DNA from: Clostridiales bacterium
GTDB taxonomy: Bacteria; Bacillota; Clostridia; Christensenellales; UBA1242
NCBI GenBank assembly: GCA_003522085.1
Contig: DPGI01000009.1
Span: 151,396 to 215,395, forward strand
Direction of reading: 5' to 3'
Length of the DNA: 64,000 bases
The notes beneath the pieces are model-generated. The model was not told the DNA's origin. It was given only the letters and a program-made list of their open reading frames with translations, and did not search any database. Positions 49,422 through 58,651 of this stretch are shown piece after piece. The first letter of the stretch is position 1; every line of letters starts with the position of its first letter. The position numbers and the translations under genes were made by a program.

Positions 49422-49610
49422 ATAACCTCCTTTTCAACAATAAAATAAAAAAATCAGCAAAAAAAGTGGAACAAATCCAAATTACTAATTTGCCTTTCTT
49501 CTTTAGTGCGATAAAATATCTCTAAATGTTTGTCGAGTGAGTTTGACAGCATTTAGCATATCAATTTATATGATTTTGCGGCAAAGTGTGATACAAAAAA
49601 GGAGATAAAA

Positions 49611-49943
49611 TTGGGGGATTATTTAGTTCTTTCAGAAAGACGGAAAAGTGAAATACTTGGGTTTTTGCCAACAGACCCGCAGATTAACAAGCTTGCGGAC
49701 TATTTTCAAAACTTTTCGGACTTTACACGGCTTAAAATTATTTCATGTTTATCTGTTTGCGACATGTGCGTTGGAGATATTTCAAACTTGTTGGATATCA
49801 ATCAAACAACTGTTTCGCATCAACTTAAAATCTTGAAGGATCAAGGGCTGGTGAGTTATAAAAGAGATGGAAAAATTTTGCTTTACACGCTTTTAGATAA
49901 ATCGGTCAGTGACGTTATGATGTATGCGGTGGAGTATTTGTGA
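49611..49943 (+). CDS. ArsR/SmtB-family metalloregulator
   Basis: 110 aa; wHTH ISNLLDINQTTVSHQLKILKDQGLV; Cys cluster CLSVCDMCVGD at the position of the ELCVCDL metal site; TTG start after an AAGGAG SD. Confidence 0.85.
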   Translation: MGDYLVLSERRKSEILGFLPTDPQINKLADYFQNFSDFTRLKIISCLSVCDMCVGDISNLLDINQTTVSHQLKILKDQGLVSYKRDGKILLYTLLDKSVSDVMMYAVEYL

Positions 49944-49972
49944 TTGACTTTTTTATGGCATAATGATAAAAT
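49944..49972 (+). promoter_or_regulatory. consensus promoter abutting the ATG at 49979 (leaderless candidate)
   Basis: TTGACT(49944-49949), 17 nt, TGaTAAAAT(49967-49972), then 6 nt to the ATG. Confidence 0.6.
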
Positions 49973-49978
49973 TATGGC

Positions 49979-50419
49979 ATGAAAAACGAAGTTAAAATGT
50001 TCGATTTGCCACACGGCTGGAAAAGAATAAACGAAACATATCAGTTGAAAAACGATCAAGGTTTGGATTTTGTGACAAACATACTTTCGCCAAGCGGGAG
50101 GGTTGTCACAGTGTTTAAAGCACAACCACTTTTGGGGCTTCCAAGTTTTGATAAGATGATAAATGATTACGGTGAAATAACCGCGCTACTTAAACTCAAA
50201 AAGAAGTTTAATATTAAGATGAAAGAAAAGACCTTTCCTATATATATTATAGAAGGCGCTGACGGAACGATTTTTGCACAAGCATTTTTTGACACCGAAA
50301 ACAAAGATGTGTTTAGTTTGTTTACGTGTCTTGAAACGGCGGGGAAAAATTTTAAAGAATATGCCCAAAACAATCCCGTTTTAAATGAAATTGTTTCACT
50401 TTTAAGGGTGGCAAAATGA
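49979..50419 (+). CDS. hypothetical protein (146 aa)
   Basis: ORF in an operon-like arrangement with queH (4-nt overlap). Confidence 0.6.
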   Translation: MKNEVKMFDLPHGWKRINETYQLKNDQGLDFVTNILSPSGRVVTVFKAQPLLGLPSFDKMINDYGEITALLKLKKKFNIKMKEKTFPIYIIEGADGTIFAQAFFDTENKDVFSLFTCLETAGKNFKEYAQNNPVLNEIVSLLRVAK

Positions 50420-50988
50420 AAAAGTTGTTGCTTCACAGTTGTTGCGGACCGTGCTCGACTCACGTAATTAACGTTTTAAAAGACAGATACGACTTGACAA
50501 TCTTTTATTATAATCCCAACATTTTTCCCGCTGAAGAGTATCAAAAACGTTTGGCAGAACAAAAACGATATGCTATGATTATGAGAATTGATGTTTTAGA
50601 AGGCGAGTGGAACGAAAAAGAGTTTTTAGAACTTGCCAAAGGGCATGAACTCGACAAGGAAGGCGGCGCGCGTTGCGAAATCTGCTTTAAAATGCGTTTG
50701 CAAAAGACGGCGCAAGTCGCAAAAGAAAATGGCTTTGACCTTTTTGCCACAACGCTTTCGGTCAGCCCACACAAAAACACAATGCTTATAAACAAGGTGG
50801 GGGAAGAAGTTGCTCAGGCGGAGGAAATTGAGTTTTTGCCTGAAAACTTCAAAAAACAAAACGGATATCTTGATAGTATCCAAATTTCAAAACAATACAA
50901 TCTTTACAGACAAAATTACTGCGGATGCAGATTTTCAATAAGGAAGGATTTGTGCTCGGATTTAGATTTAAAAAACAAAATACGATAA
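50416..50988 (+). CDS. queH: epoxyqueuosine reductase QueH (DUF208)
   Basis: LLLHSCCGPCS, FYYNPNIFP..EY, CEICF..RL, TTLSVSPHKN, YCGC motifs. Confidence 0.88.
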   Translation: MKKLLLHSCCGPCSTHVINVLKDRYDLTIFYYNPNIFPAEEYQKRLAEQKRYAMIMRIDVLEGEWNEKEFLELAKGHELDKEGGARCEICFKMRLQKTAQVAKENGFDLFATTLSVSPHKNTMLINKVGEEVAQAEEIEFLPENFKKQNGYLDSIQISKQYNLYRQNYCGCRFSIRKDLCSDLDLKNKIR

Positions 50989-51761
50989 GGCAGGAAGAAT
51001 ATTTAGAAAAGCAAGCAAAGAAATTTCCTAAAGTGCTTTTTTATGTCTTTCTAGTTTATTTCATCTTGTTTTCAATCTACATCGGCGGTTATATCTATTT
51101 TAGAAACACTTACGAACTTTCAGAAGTGTTTGGTGCAAGTATGCAAAACACGCTTAACCCAAACATCTATTCGCAAAATGATGGAGACGACCTTGTGTAT
51201 GTCAACATCAAGAAAAAACCTGAAAGGTTTGACATCATTGTTATTAAAGACAAAGATTCTTCGGGCAAAGAAATCAAACTTATCAAACGTGTCATTGGCA
51301 TGCCTGATGATTTGATTACGATTAAAAAAGACACCAGTGGCGGATTTTACCACGTATATTACGTAAACCGTGAAACCAAAGAAATTGAAAAACTTGATGA
51401 AACATATATAAAAAGTTATAAGGACTGGACAGACTCAAAAAGTTCATACACCGTTGGGGATATTGAATATGAAGATGAATTCTATACAAACTTCATAGCA
51501 AGTGGTAAATATAAAACTGAGAAAATCGACGGGACGACATTTTTTAAAGTTCCTGACAACAACATTTTTTACTTAGGTGACAATCGTGCACGCTCATCTG
51601 ACTCACGTGCAAGGGGAACGGGCGAAATAAAAAATGTTGAAGGAGTTGCTGAAATCATCCTTTCAGACGCAGCAAAAACAAATGCCAACGTTTTTGGAAT
51701 CAAATTTAAATCAATCTTTTCATTTTTATGGAAAGAACTTACAAGATTTTTTGCTAGATAA
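50925..51761 (+). CDS. lepB: signal peptidase I
   Basis: GASMQNTL (catalytic Ser box), KRVIGMPDD (Lys box), GDNRARSSDSR. The start is uncertain; a GTG at 50952 after AGGAAGGA is an alternative. Confidence 0.88.
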   Translation: MQIFNKEGFVLGFRFKKQNTIRQEEYLEKQAKKFPKVLFYVFLVYFILFSIYIGGYIYFRNTYELSEVFGASMQNTLNPNIYSQNDGDDLVYVNIKKKPERFDIIVIKDKDSSGKEIKLIKRVIGMPDDLITIKKDTSGGFYHVYYVNRETKEIEKLDETYIKSYKDWTDSKSSYTVGDIEYEDEFYTNFIASGKYKTEKIDGTTFFKVPDNNIFYLGDNRARSSDSRARGTGEIKNVEGVAEIILSDAAKTNANVFGIKFKSIFSFLWKELTRFFAR

Positions 51762-51797
51762 AGAAAAACGGCTAAAAATTGGTCGTTTTTCTTTTTT
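51762..51797 (+). terminator. terminator after lepB
   Basis: agaaaaacg...cgtttttct hairpin followed by a T-run. Confidence 0.65.
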
Positions 51798-51907
51798 AAG
51801 TGTTTAAATTGCCTAAAAATGGGCAAAATCGCTTTGTTTTAAAGTATTTTTATGATATAGTTTTTATAGCATAGAGATATGCAAATTCATAAAAAGGGAG
51901 AAATAAT

Positions 51908-52180
51908 ATGAATAAGTCTGAATTTATTAAGGCATTTGCTGAAAAAGCTAACTTCACACAAAAAGATGCTGGAATCGCTTTTGAAGCAATGGTGGCAACA
52001 ATTGTTGACACACTCAAGAAAGGAGAAAAAATTGCTATTGCTGGTTTCGGAACATATGAAATCAAAAACAAACCTGCTAGAATGGGAATCAATCCTATGA
52101 CAAAGCAACAGGTTAAAATCAAAGCATCAAAAGCTCCTAACTTCAAGTTCGGCAACAGCTTTAAAGAAATTTTTAACTAA
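51908..52180 (+). CDS. hup: DNA-binding protein HU
   Basis: 90 aa; MNKSEFIKAFAEKA...GFGTYEIKNKPARMGINPMTKQQVKIKASKAPNFK. Confidence 0.94.
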   Translation: MNKSEFIKAFAEKANFTQKDAGIAFEAMVATIVDTLKKGEKIAIAGFGTYEIKNKPARMGINPMTKQQVKIKASKAPNFKFGNSFKEIFN

Positions 52181-52202
52181 GATATTGTTTAATCTCGAAC
52201 AA

Positions 52203-52231
52203 AAAAGTCTCTCGTTAGGGAGACTTTTTTA
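52203..52231. terminator. terminator after hup
   Basis: agtctctc-gtta-gggagact hairpin followed by T6. Confidence 0.7.
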
Positions 52232-52272
52232 TTGCCTTGATTATTTCTGTGGCTAAATAAAAAAAACAGATA

Positions 52273-52929
52273 TTACTCTGTTTTTTCTGTTTCGGTTGGT
52301 TGGGTTTCGGCGGTTGCCTCAACTTGCGCTACAAGTGCTGGGTTGTTGTTCTTTTTAAGTTCCGCTAAAATTTCAGCAAGAAGTTTTTCTGTGGTTGGTT
52401 TTGCCGCTTCTTCAGCTGCCTTGCGCGCTGCTTCTTCGGCTGCTTCTTGTTCTTTCTTTGCTCGAAGTGCTTTTGTTGCTTCATGAACGGCTTTGCGGTC
52501 TTTCATGTTTACGCCTTGTGCTTTAAGTTCTTTTCTTTCTGCTTTTGATGGGCCAGCATGTAAAAGCTTGTCGGTTGTTGTGCGGAACATCTCACTAGAT
52601 TTCATTGCAATTTTCAAGATTATGAACAATGTAAAAGCGATAAGGAAGAAGTTGATTACGGCTGTGATGAATGCACCCCAGTCGATGTAGATGCTTTTGT
52701 TAAGGTCAATTGTTCCGTTTTCAAGATAGGCTTTTCTCAGAAAAGTGTATGCAGATTCAAGACCAGTCCCTCCAAAAGAAAGGAGCCAATTGATAAGTGG
52801 CATTATGATTTTGTTGGTCAGAGCGGTCACAATTGCCGAGAACGCACCACCTATGATAACGCCGACTGCCATGTCGATTACGTTTCCACGACTAATAAAC
52901 TTTTTAAAGTCACTAAAAAATTTTTTCAT
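52273..52929 (-). CDS. mscL: large-conductance mechanosensitive channel MscL with a ~90-aa A/E/K-rich C-terminal extension
   Basis: FKKFISRGNVIDMAVGVIIGGAFSAIVTALTNKIIMPLI is the MscL signature; total length 218 aa. Confidence 0.9.
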   Translation of the reverse strand: MKKFFSDFKKFISRGNVIDMAVGVIIGGAFSAIVTALTNKIIMPLINWLLSFGGTGLESAYTFLRKAYLENGTIDLNKSIYIDWGAFITAVINFFLIAFTLFIILKIAMKSSEMFRTTTDKLLHAGPSKAERKELKAQGVNMKDRKAVHEATKALRAKKEQEAAEEAARKAAEEAAKPTTEKLLAEILAELKKNNNPALVAQVEATAETQPTETEKTE

Positions 52930-52950
52930 TTTTCCTCCGGTCTAGTTATT

Positions 52951-53394
52951 CTAAAAGTTAGAGTCGGCTGTTGCGACAGAGAGACACACGACTACTAAGA
53001 TTATCATCGCTATAGAAATAGCAAGTGTAACCGCTGCGATTGTGCGATATTTTTTTTGAGTTGATTTTAATGTGATTGAAGAAGTTACGATTGATGCAAT
53101 GCTTAACCCTGTAATTAAAACAGCCATAATTATTCCTAAAATCATATATGTGAGCACAAACGATATAGCACTGTCGAGCGCGCTCTCAGAGCCTTCCGAT
53201 GAATTTATAAACCAAAAGAAGATTCCTATAAAGATGCCAAAAGCGATTGCGCATACCACTGAAATTGCCGTGCAGATAATTGATGCAATAAGAGTTTTGC
53301 GTTTGCTATTTGAATCTACTGGTTTTTCAGTAGTAAGAATTTGGTCGGCAGCTATTGAAGACAAATGATTTTCATTTTGTGTTTCATTCTGCAT
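52951..53394 (-). CDS. hypothetical membrane protein
   Basis: 4 hydrophobic segments; AGGAGG SD before the ATG at 53394. Confidence 0.55.
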   Translation of the reverse strand: MQNETQNENHLSSIAADQILTTEKPVDSNSKRKTLIASIICTAISVVCAIAFGIFIGIFFWFINSSEGSESALDSAISFVLTYMILGIIMAVLITGLSIASIVTSSITLKSTQKKYRTIAAVTLAISIAMIILVVVCLSVATADSNF

Positions 53395-53513
53395 AACTAA
53401 TCCTCCTATACTAAATTTTATCAAAAATTTTAAATAAAAACAAATATTTGCTTATAATATTTTGAAAAAAAACACAAATTTGATACTATTAAATCAAATA
53501 TGGAGGTTCAAAA

Positions 53514-54308
53514 ATGAAAATTGCTGTAATTACTGGTGCGTCATCAGGAATGGGGAGAGAATTTTGCAGACAACTTGATGATCGTGGATTTGATGAGATT
53601 TGGGGGCTTGGCCTTGGTGAAGAGAATTTTAAAGCGCTTGAAGCAGAACTTAAAACGCCACTGAGATATTTTGATCGAGATCTCACTAAACTTGAAAATA
53701 TTGAATATTTTAAATCTGAACTGGAAAAATACAAGCCAGCAGTTGAGTGGCTTGTAAACGCAAGTGGGTTTGGCAAATTTGGCAGATATGACGAAATTGA
53801 AACCGAAACAAGCGTAAACATGATTGAACTTAACTGTGTGGCCCTTGTTAGAATGACCGAATATGTTCTTCCATATATGGTTAAGGGCGGAAGAATTATT
53901 GAAATTGCTTCAGTCGCAGGGTTTCAACCTATTCCTTGCATCAACGTTTATGCAGCGACAAAGGCATTTGTCATCAGTTATTCAAGAGCGCTAAATGTCG
54001 AACTTAAATCTCGCAATATTTCTGTGACATGTTTGTGCCCATTCTGGACAAAGACTGCGTTCTTTGACAGAGCAAAAAAAATCAACTCCAAAACTGGAAT
54101 TGAGGTTGTAAGCAAATATGTTGTAATGTATGACCCGATTATGATTGTTAAGAAAGCAATCAAATCAGCTGATAAACGCAAAGACATGTGTATTCCTGGG
54201 TTTATTGCAAGAAGTCAAGTTCGTCTTGTAAAGATGTTGCCACACAAAATGGTTATGAAAATTTGGTGTAAGCAACAAAAACTTACAAAGAAATATCGTG
54301 ACAAATAG
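53514..54308 (+). CDS. SDR-family oxidoreductase
   Basis: TGASSGMG cofactor motif and YAATKAF catalytic Y-x-x-x-K. Confidence 0.88.
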   Translation: MKIAVITGASSGMGREFCRQLDDRGFDEIWGLGLGEENFKALEAELKTPLRYFDRDLTKLENIEYFKSELEKYKPAVEWLVNASGFGKFGRYDEIETETSVNMIELNCVALVRMTEYVLPYMVKGGRIIEIASVAGFQPIPCINVYAATKAFVISYSRALNVELKSRNISVTCLCPFWTKTAFFDRAKKINSKTGIEVVSKYVVMYDPIMIVKKAIKSADKRKDMCIPGFIARSQVRLVKMLPHKMVMKIWCKQQKLTKKYRDK

Positions 54309-54807
54309 AAATATTACGTTTTAATAAACTAAAAAAATTTAATGCAGGGCTAAAGAGCTTGTTACTTTTAAGCGATAAGCCCTTTTTTGTTTTCTCATTC
54401 TTTTTTGCGGCTTGGTCAAGTTTGATTTTGTTCATTTTAATAATATATTTTTCTGCAAAGGTAGAAATAAAATTTGTAAGTGACGGCTTTTCGTATGGAA
54501 AAAGATATTGACAACCGAGAACTTTGTTTAAAACCTTAAAACCACCTTGATAATAACTCGTGTCAAGCGCATGCCTGCATGAACGCTCAACGTTTTCAAC
54601 CTTAGTCTCATAAAGATTCGCGATTTTCGGGAAGAGTTCGGCCTTGATCGACCGAGGCGGCTTTCCGCTTAAAGCGGCGAGAAGTATTGCGTGACATAAA
54701 TATAAATAACCTCTGCAATTTGGACTGATATTCAACTTTCGTAAATCTGATGCAATGCGCCCTAAGCACTGCATCTCAAGCGAATCGCTTGTGTACGGGC
54801 TAAACAA
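54283..54807 (-). CDS. stand-alone Spo0A C-terminal (DNA-binding effector) domain protein, no receiver domain
   Basis: collinear with Spo0A_C: CRGYLYLCHAI, ELFPKIANLYETKVENVERSCRHAL, KPSLTNFISTFAEK; TTG start 8 nt after a GGAGG SD; 3' end overlaps the SDR gene by 26 nt. Confidence 0.7.
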   Translation of the reverse strand: MFSPYTSDSLEMQCLGRIASDLRKLNISPNCRGYLYLCHAILLAALSGKPPRSIKAELFPKIANLYETKVENVERSCRHALDTSYYQGGFKVLNKVLGCQYLFPYEKPSLTNFISTFAEKYIIKMNKIKLDQAAKKNEKTKKGLSLKSNKLFSPALNFFSLLKRNISICHDISL

Positions 54808-55047
54808 TTTGGCAGCCTCCTCAATTTAAATTTATGATATTCATGTTTTTATTATGCTCAGCAATGGTTAGACAAATAGTAGTGTCAAAATTTTGACTTG
54901 CTAATGTTTTTAAATCATTGGTTTATTGTAACGCTGTTTTGATTTTAAACAAAACAAATCGTCCGTGACTTTTTGTCGAATTTTGTCCTTAAAAAAATAT
55001 TTAAAAGGTGCTTGCTGTTTTTTGTTAAAACTGCTAGAATATATTGT

Positions 55048-55632
55048 ATGAAGATTATCGATGCCCAATACCTAACAAGTGTGGTTGACAAGAATAAACT
55101 TATTGACGATGATATCAGTGAGTTTGCTTTTGTCGGCAGAAGTAATGTCGGGAAATCAAGCATAATAAACAATTTGACAAACAAAAAAAGTTTGGCAAAA
55201 ACTTCGTCAAACCCTGGACATACTCGTATGATAAATTATTTCAACATCAATGGCGGGCTGTTCCGTTTTGTAGATTTACCTGGATATGGATATCACAAGG
55301 CCGGGAAGGGGAATGAAAGAATGTGGTCGAGTTTGATTGAAAAATACTTGCTTAATAGCCAGTGCTTAAAATTGGTGTTTATACTTGTTGACATAAGACA
55401 TGATCCAAGCGAACTTGACAAAATGATGATTAGATTTTTGATTGAAACGGGTCGAAACTTTGTTGTGATTGCAACAAAAGCCGACAAACTTTCAAAAGCG
55501 CAACAAGCAAACATGAAACAAAGAATCGCGTCACAATTAAAAATAATCCCTGAAATGATTGTTTTGCACAGCAGCCAAACTTCTCAAGGCCGCGAAAAAA
55601 TTTTAAATCATATCGAACTTTTAATAAATTAA
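55048..55632 (+). CDS. engB: ribosome biogenesis GTPase YsxC/EngB
   Basis: GRSNVGKSSIIN (G1), DLPGYG (G3), TKADK (G4). ATG at 55048 with TAGAAT 7 nt upstream. Confidence 0.9.
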   Translation: MKIIDAQYLTSVVDKNKLIDDDISEFAFVGRSNVGKSSIINNLTNKKSLAKTSSNPGHTRMINYFNINGGLFRFVDLPGYGYHKAGKGNERMWSSLIEKYLLNSQCLKLVFILVDIRHDPSELDKMMIRFLIETGRNFVVIATKADKLSKAQQANMKQRIASQLKIIPEMIVLHSSQTSQGREKILNHIELLIN

Positions 55633-55674
55633 GCCGATTAAAGAAAAAGATGGTTTTATTTATTTTAATTGAAA

Positions 55675-55702
55675 ACAAAAAACACGCTTTTGCGTGTTTT
55701 TT
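55675..55702. terminator. bidirectional terminator
   Basis: acacgc-tttt-gcgtgt hairpin flanked by A- and T-runs. Confidence 0.7.
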
Positions 55703-55738
55703 ATTTGGGTTTATATTTATTTGCTAATTAAAGTGAAT

Positions 55739-56350
55739 TTATATTTGTTTTTCATAAGTGAATTTTGCTTGGAAATCACTTAAGCATGATATAAATGGTT
55801 TTAGCCATTTTTTGTTTGTGTCAGGAACAGCAAATTTTATCATATTGTCAAATGGGGAGAGCGCTACTTTTTCAAGACCGTCATGGTTGGCGTCTTCAAC
55901 TTCTTCGATTGTCGTAGGAGACGATGCTTTTACATAAAGGTAAGGGACGAAACCTTCTTTGAGAAAAAAGCCAGAATTGTTTGCGTCAGCATTGATTTGA
56001 AGATTTTTAAAACCTTCTTTTTTTGCAGACTTGGCTAAAATCGTCATAAATCTTTTTGCAATGCCTTTTCCTCTAAATTTTGAAGAAACAGCGACAATGG
56101 ATAAGAAAAGCTCTTTGTCATTTAGTTTTACGGCTATAATTGAGCCGATGATTTCTTTTTCATAAACAGCATAAAATTGAATGTTAGTTTTGGTTTCAAC
56201 ATTTTCCATCATGGCTTGATAGATTTCATGCATAGGAAGAGCAACGCTACATTCAGTTTCACAGGTGTGAAAAGCACACTTCTTAAAGAAGTCGAATGTT
56301 TCTTTGACTTCATTTACTGTTTTAATAGGTAAATATTTTATCCCTCTCAT
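55739..56350 (-). CDS. GNAT-family acetyltransferase
   Basis: VAVSSKFRGKGIAKRFM motif A; ATG at 56350. Confidence 0.75.
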   Translation of the reverse strand: MRGIKYLPIKTVNEVKETFDFFKKCAFHTCETECSVALPMHEIYQAMMENVETKTNIQFYAVYEKEIIGSIIAVKLNDKELFLSIVAVSSKFRGKGIAKRFMTILAKSAKKEGFKNLQINADANNSGFFLKEGFVPYLYVKASSPTTIEEVEDANHDGLEKVALSPFDNMIKFAVPDTNKKWLKPFISCLSDFQAKFTYEKQI

Positions 56351-56356
56351 ACTTAT

Positions 56357-56384
56357 ATTATAACAAGTTGTTGCTATTTTGCAA
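56357..56384 (-). promoter_or_regulatory. consensus promoter abutting the ATG at 56350 (leaderless candidate)
   Basis: minus strand TTGCAA(56379-56384), 16 nt, TGtTATAAT(56357-56362), then 6 nt to the ATG. Confidence 0.6.
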
Positions 56385-56436
56385 AGCAAATTAACCCTTA
56401 AACACGATTTTTCATAAAATGCAATGTGGAGGGATT

Positions 56437-58200
56437 ATGTGTGGTATAGTGGGTGCAATTTGCCGATCGCATTGCGAAAGACTTACACTTGATAGTTTAA
56501 AGAAAATTGAATATCGTGGCTATGATTCGGCAGGGATATGTGTGAAAAACAAATGTCAAATGCATATTTATAAAACCGAAGGTTACATAGAAAAACTCGA
56601 TGGCATCGTGCCGTCATCGCTGGCGCCAGTCGCGATTTCTCACACAAGGTGGGCTACTCATGGTAAGGTGAGCAAAGAAAACGCGCATCCGATTTCAAGT
56701 GAAGATGGAGTATGGACGATTGTTCATAATGGCATAATAGAAAACTTTGATGAACTTAAAAGTATGCTTTTGGCAAAAGGCGTAAAATTTTCAACTCAAA
56801 CAGATAGTGAAGTGATTTGTGCACTGCTTGCACTAGAAACATTTTCCAATCCGATAAAAAATATTATGTGGGTTGTCAAAAAACTTAAAGGGAGTTTTGC
56901 TTTTTGTGCTGTCAAAAAAGACACCGAAAATGCAATTTATGCAGCGCGTCAAGGAAGCCCACTGTATGCTTATTTAAGGAATGGGAAAGCAATGATAGCC
57001 AGCGATCCAATTTGTTTTTTTGGTGACAGATATTATAAATTTGAAGACGGCGAAATTTGCAAGTTGACTCAACAAAGTATAGATTTTTATGCTTTTAGTG
57101 GCAAAAAACTTAAAAAAAGCGAAGTTTTTAATGAAAACATTCAATTTTCAGCCGAAAAAGGTGATTATTCACATTTCATGCTTAAAGAGATTTATGAAAC
57201 GCCACAAACTTTGCTAAACCTTGCAAGGCAATATCAAAAACTGGATTTGTCGATATTGGGCAAACTTAAATTCAACAAAATAAAACTCATTGGCTGCGGA
57301 ACGGCTTATCACTCATGCCTTATGGGTGCAAGTTTTATGCGAACGTTTTTGAAAGCAGATGCCGAAGCCTTGCAAGCCAGCGAGTTTAGATATGGCAACT
57401 ATATAATTGATGCGCAAACGCTGTGTATTTTTATTAGCCAAAGCGGAGAGACGGCAGACACTATTGCCGCTTATCAAAAAGCTGAACAAAAAACAAAAAA
57501 TTTAATATCATTGACAAACGTGCCACACAGCACGCTGGCAAGCATGAGCGGAGTTTGTTTGCCAATTTGCGCGGGACCTGAAATAGCAGTGGCGTCAACG
57601 AAAGCATATTCAAATCAAGTTGCAGCGCTGTTTGTGCTGACAAAAGCTTTAAAATCAAAACAAGACTTTTGGGGCGCGATTAGAAACGTTGTGGAACTTT
57701 CCAAAAAATTACAAAAATTTGATGTTGACATGAAAGGCGTTGCTCAAAAGATTTGCGGGCTTGATAAGATATTTTTTATAGGCAGGGGCGAAGATTATGT
57801 TACGGCGCAAGAGGGTGCGCTTAAACTTAAAGAAATATCTTACATAAATTGTAGCGCGTTTGCCGCGGGCGAACTTAAACACGGCTCGCTTGCACTTGTG
57901 GAAGACGGAACTCCCGTATTCGTGATTGCTAATGACGAAAAAGTTTTTGAAAAAACTATGAACAGCGCATTTGAAGCGAAAAGTCGAGGCGCGAAGCTGT
58001 TTTTGGTTTCGTCGCTTAGCCCTAAACAAAGCGAAGCTGACAATTTTGAAGATATTATTTTGCTGCCAAAATGCGGCAAATCGCTTGCGAACATTATGGC
58101 TGTTGTGCCCCTTCAACTGCTGAGTTATTGGACGTGCATTTTTAAAAATTTAAACCCTGACAAACCGCGCAATCTTGCCAAGTCTGTTACCGTTGAATAA
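56437..58200 (+). CDS. glmS: glutamine--fructose-6-phosphate aminotransferase
   Basis: MCGIVGA N-terminal nucleophile; two SIS domains; C-terminal NLAKSVTVE; GGAGGG SD. Confidence 0.95.
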   Translation: MCGIVGAICRSHCERLTLDSLKKIEYRGYDSAGICVKNKCQMHIYKTEGYIEKLDGIVPSSLAPVAISHTRWATHGKVSKENAHPISSEDGVWTIVHNGIIENFDELKSMLLAKGVKFSTQTDSEVICALLALETFSNPIKNIMWVVKKLKGSFAFCAVKKDTENAIYAARQGSPLYAYLRNGKAMIASDPICFFGDRYYKFEDGEICKLTQQSIDFYAFSGKKLKKSEVFNENIQFSAEKGDYSHFMLKEIYETPQTLLNLARQYQKLDLSILGKLKFNKIKLIGCGTAYHSCLMGASFMRTFLKADAEALQASEFRYGNYIIDAQTLCIFISQSGETADTIAAYQKAEQKTKNLISLTNVPHSTLASMSGVCLPICAGPEIAVASTKAYSNQVAALFVLTKALKSKQDFWGAIRNVVELSKKLQKFDVDMKGVAQKICGLDKIFFIGRGEDYVTAQEGALKLKEISYINCSAFAAGELKHGSLALVEDGTPVFVIANDEKVFEKTMNSAFEAKSRGAKLFLVSSLSPKQSEADNFEDIILLPKCGKSLANIMAVVPLQLLSYWTCIFKNLNPDKPRNLAKSVTVE

Positions 58201-58287
58201 TGCGAAAATCATAGATTTATTTTGCCAAAAGATATTGACTTGTAGCATAAACTGGGATACAATGGAACTGTATACTAAGGAGGAAAA

Positions 58288-58617
58288 ATGAAAACGCGCA
58301 AGGTTGTTAAACCAGTAGACACAAGTATTTTTAAGGGAGTTAAATTTGACGTAGAAGATTTAGAGTTTGCTGAGTGTAAAACTGAATATGAATATGTCCC
58401 AGTAGAGATGAATAAAAGAGACAGACGAGAAAATGTTGTTAAAACATTAAACGAAAAAGAGAGAGCAAAGCGTATTCGCATCAGAAAAAATAAAGAAAGA
58501 TTTGAAAATAAAGAAATTTTTGAAGAAGAAGAAAAAGCATTGAATTATTATTGTGCTGCACAAAACACAGCAAAAAGAAGAAAAGAAAAAAAAGTAGATG
58601 CAATCTGGTCATATTGA
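58288..58617 (+). CDS. hypothetical K/E-rich small protein
   Basis: 109 aa; AAGGAGG SD; TTGACT-17-TACAAT promoter at 58235-58263. Confidence 0.5.
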   Translation: MKTRKVVKPVDTSIFKGVKFDVEDLEFAECKTEYEYVPVEMNKRDRRENVVKTLNEKERAKRIRIRKNKERFENKEIFEEEEKALNYYCAAQNTAKRRKEKKVDAIWSY

Positions 58618-58651
58618 TCAATTAAATTTTAAAATTATCATATAAAAAGTC

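Noticed and set aside
49280-49525. 81-aa plus-strand ORF
   Set aside because: It has no SD or promoter. It overlaps the minus-strand 58-aa ORF, which has a strong SD and a terminator, so the minus-strand reading is preferred. Neither reading is proven.
56390-56436. glmS ribozyme upstream of glmS
   Set aside because: Only about 47 nt separate the divergent GNAT gene from the glmS ATG. That is far too short for the ribozyme of about 170 nt, and no conserved core sequence is seen.
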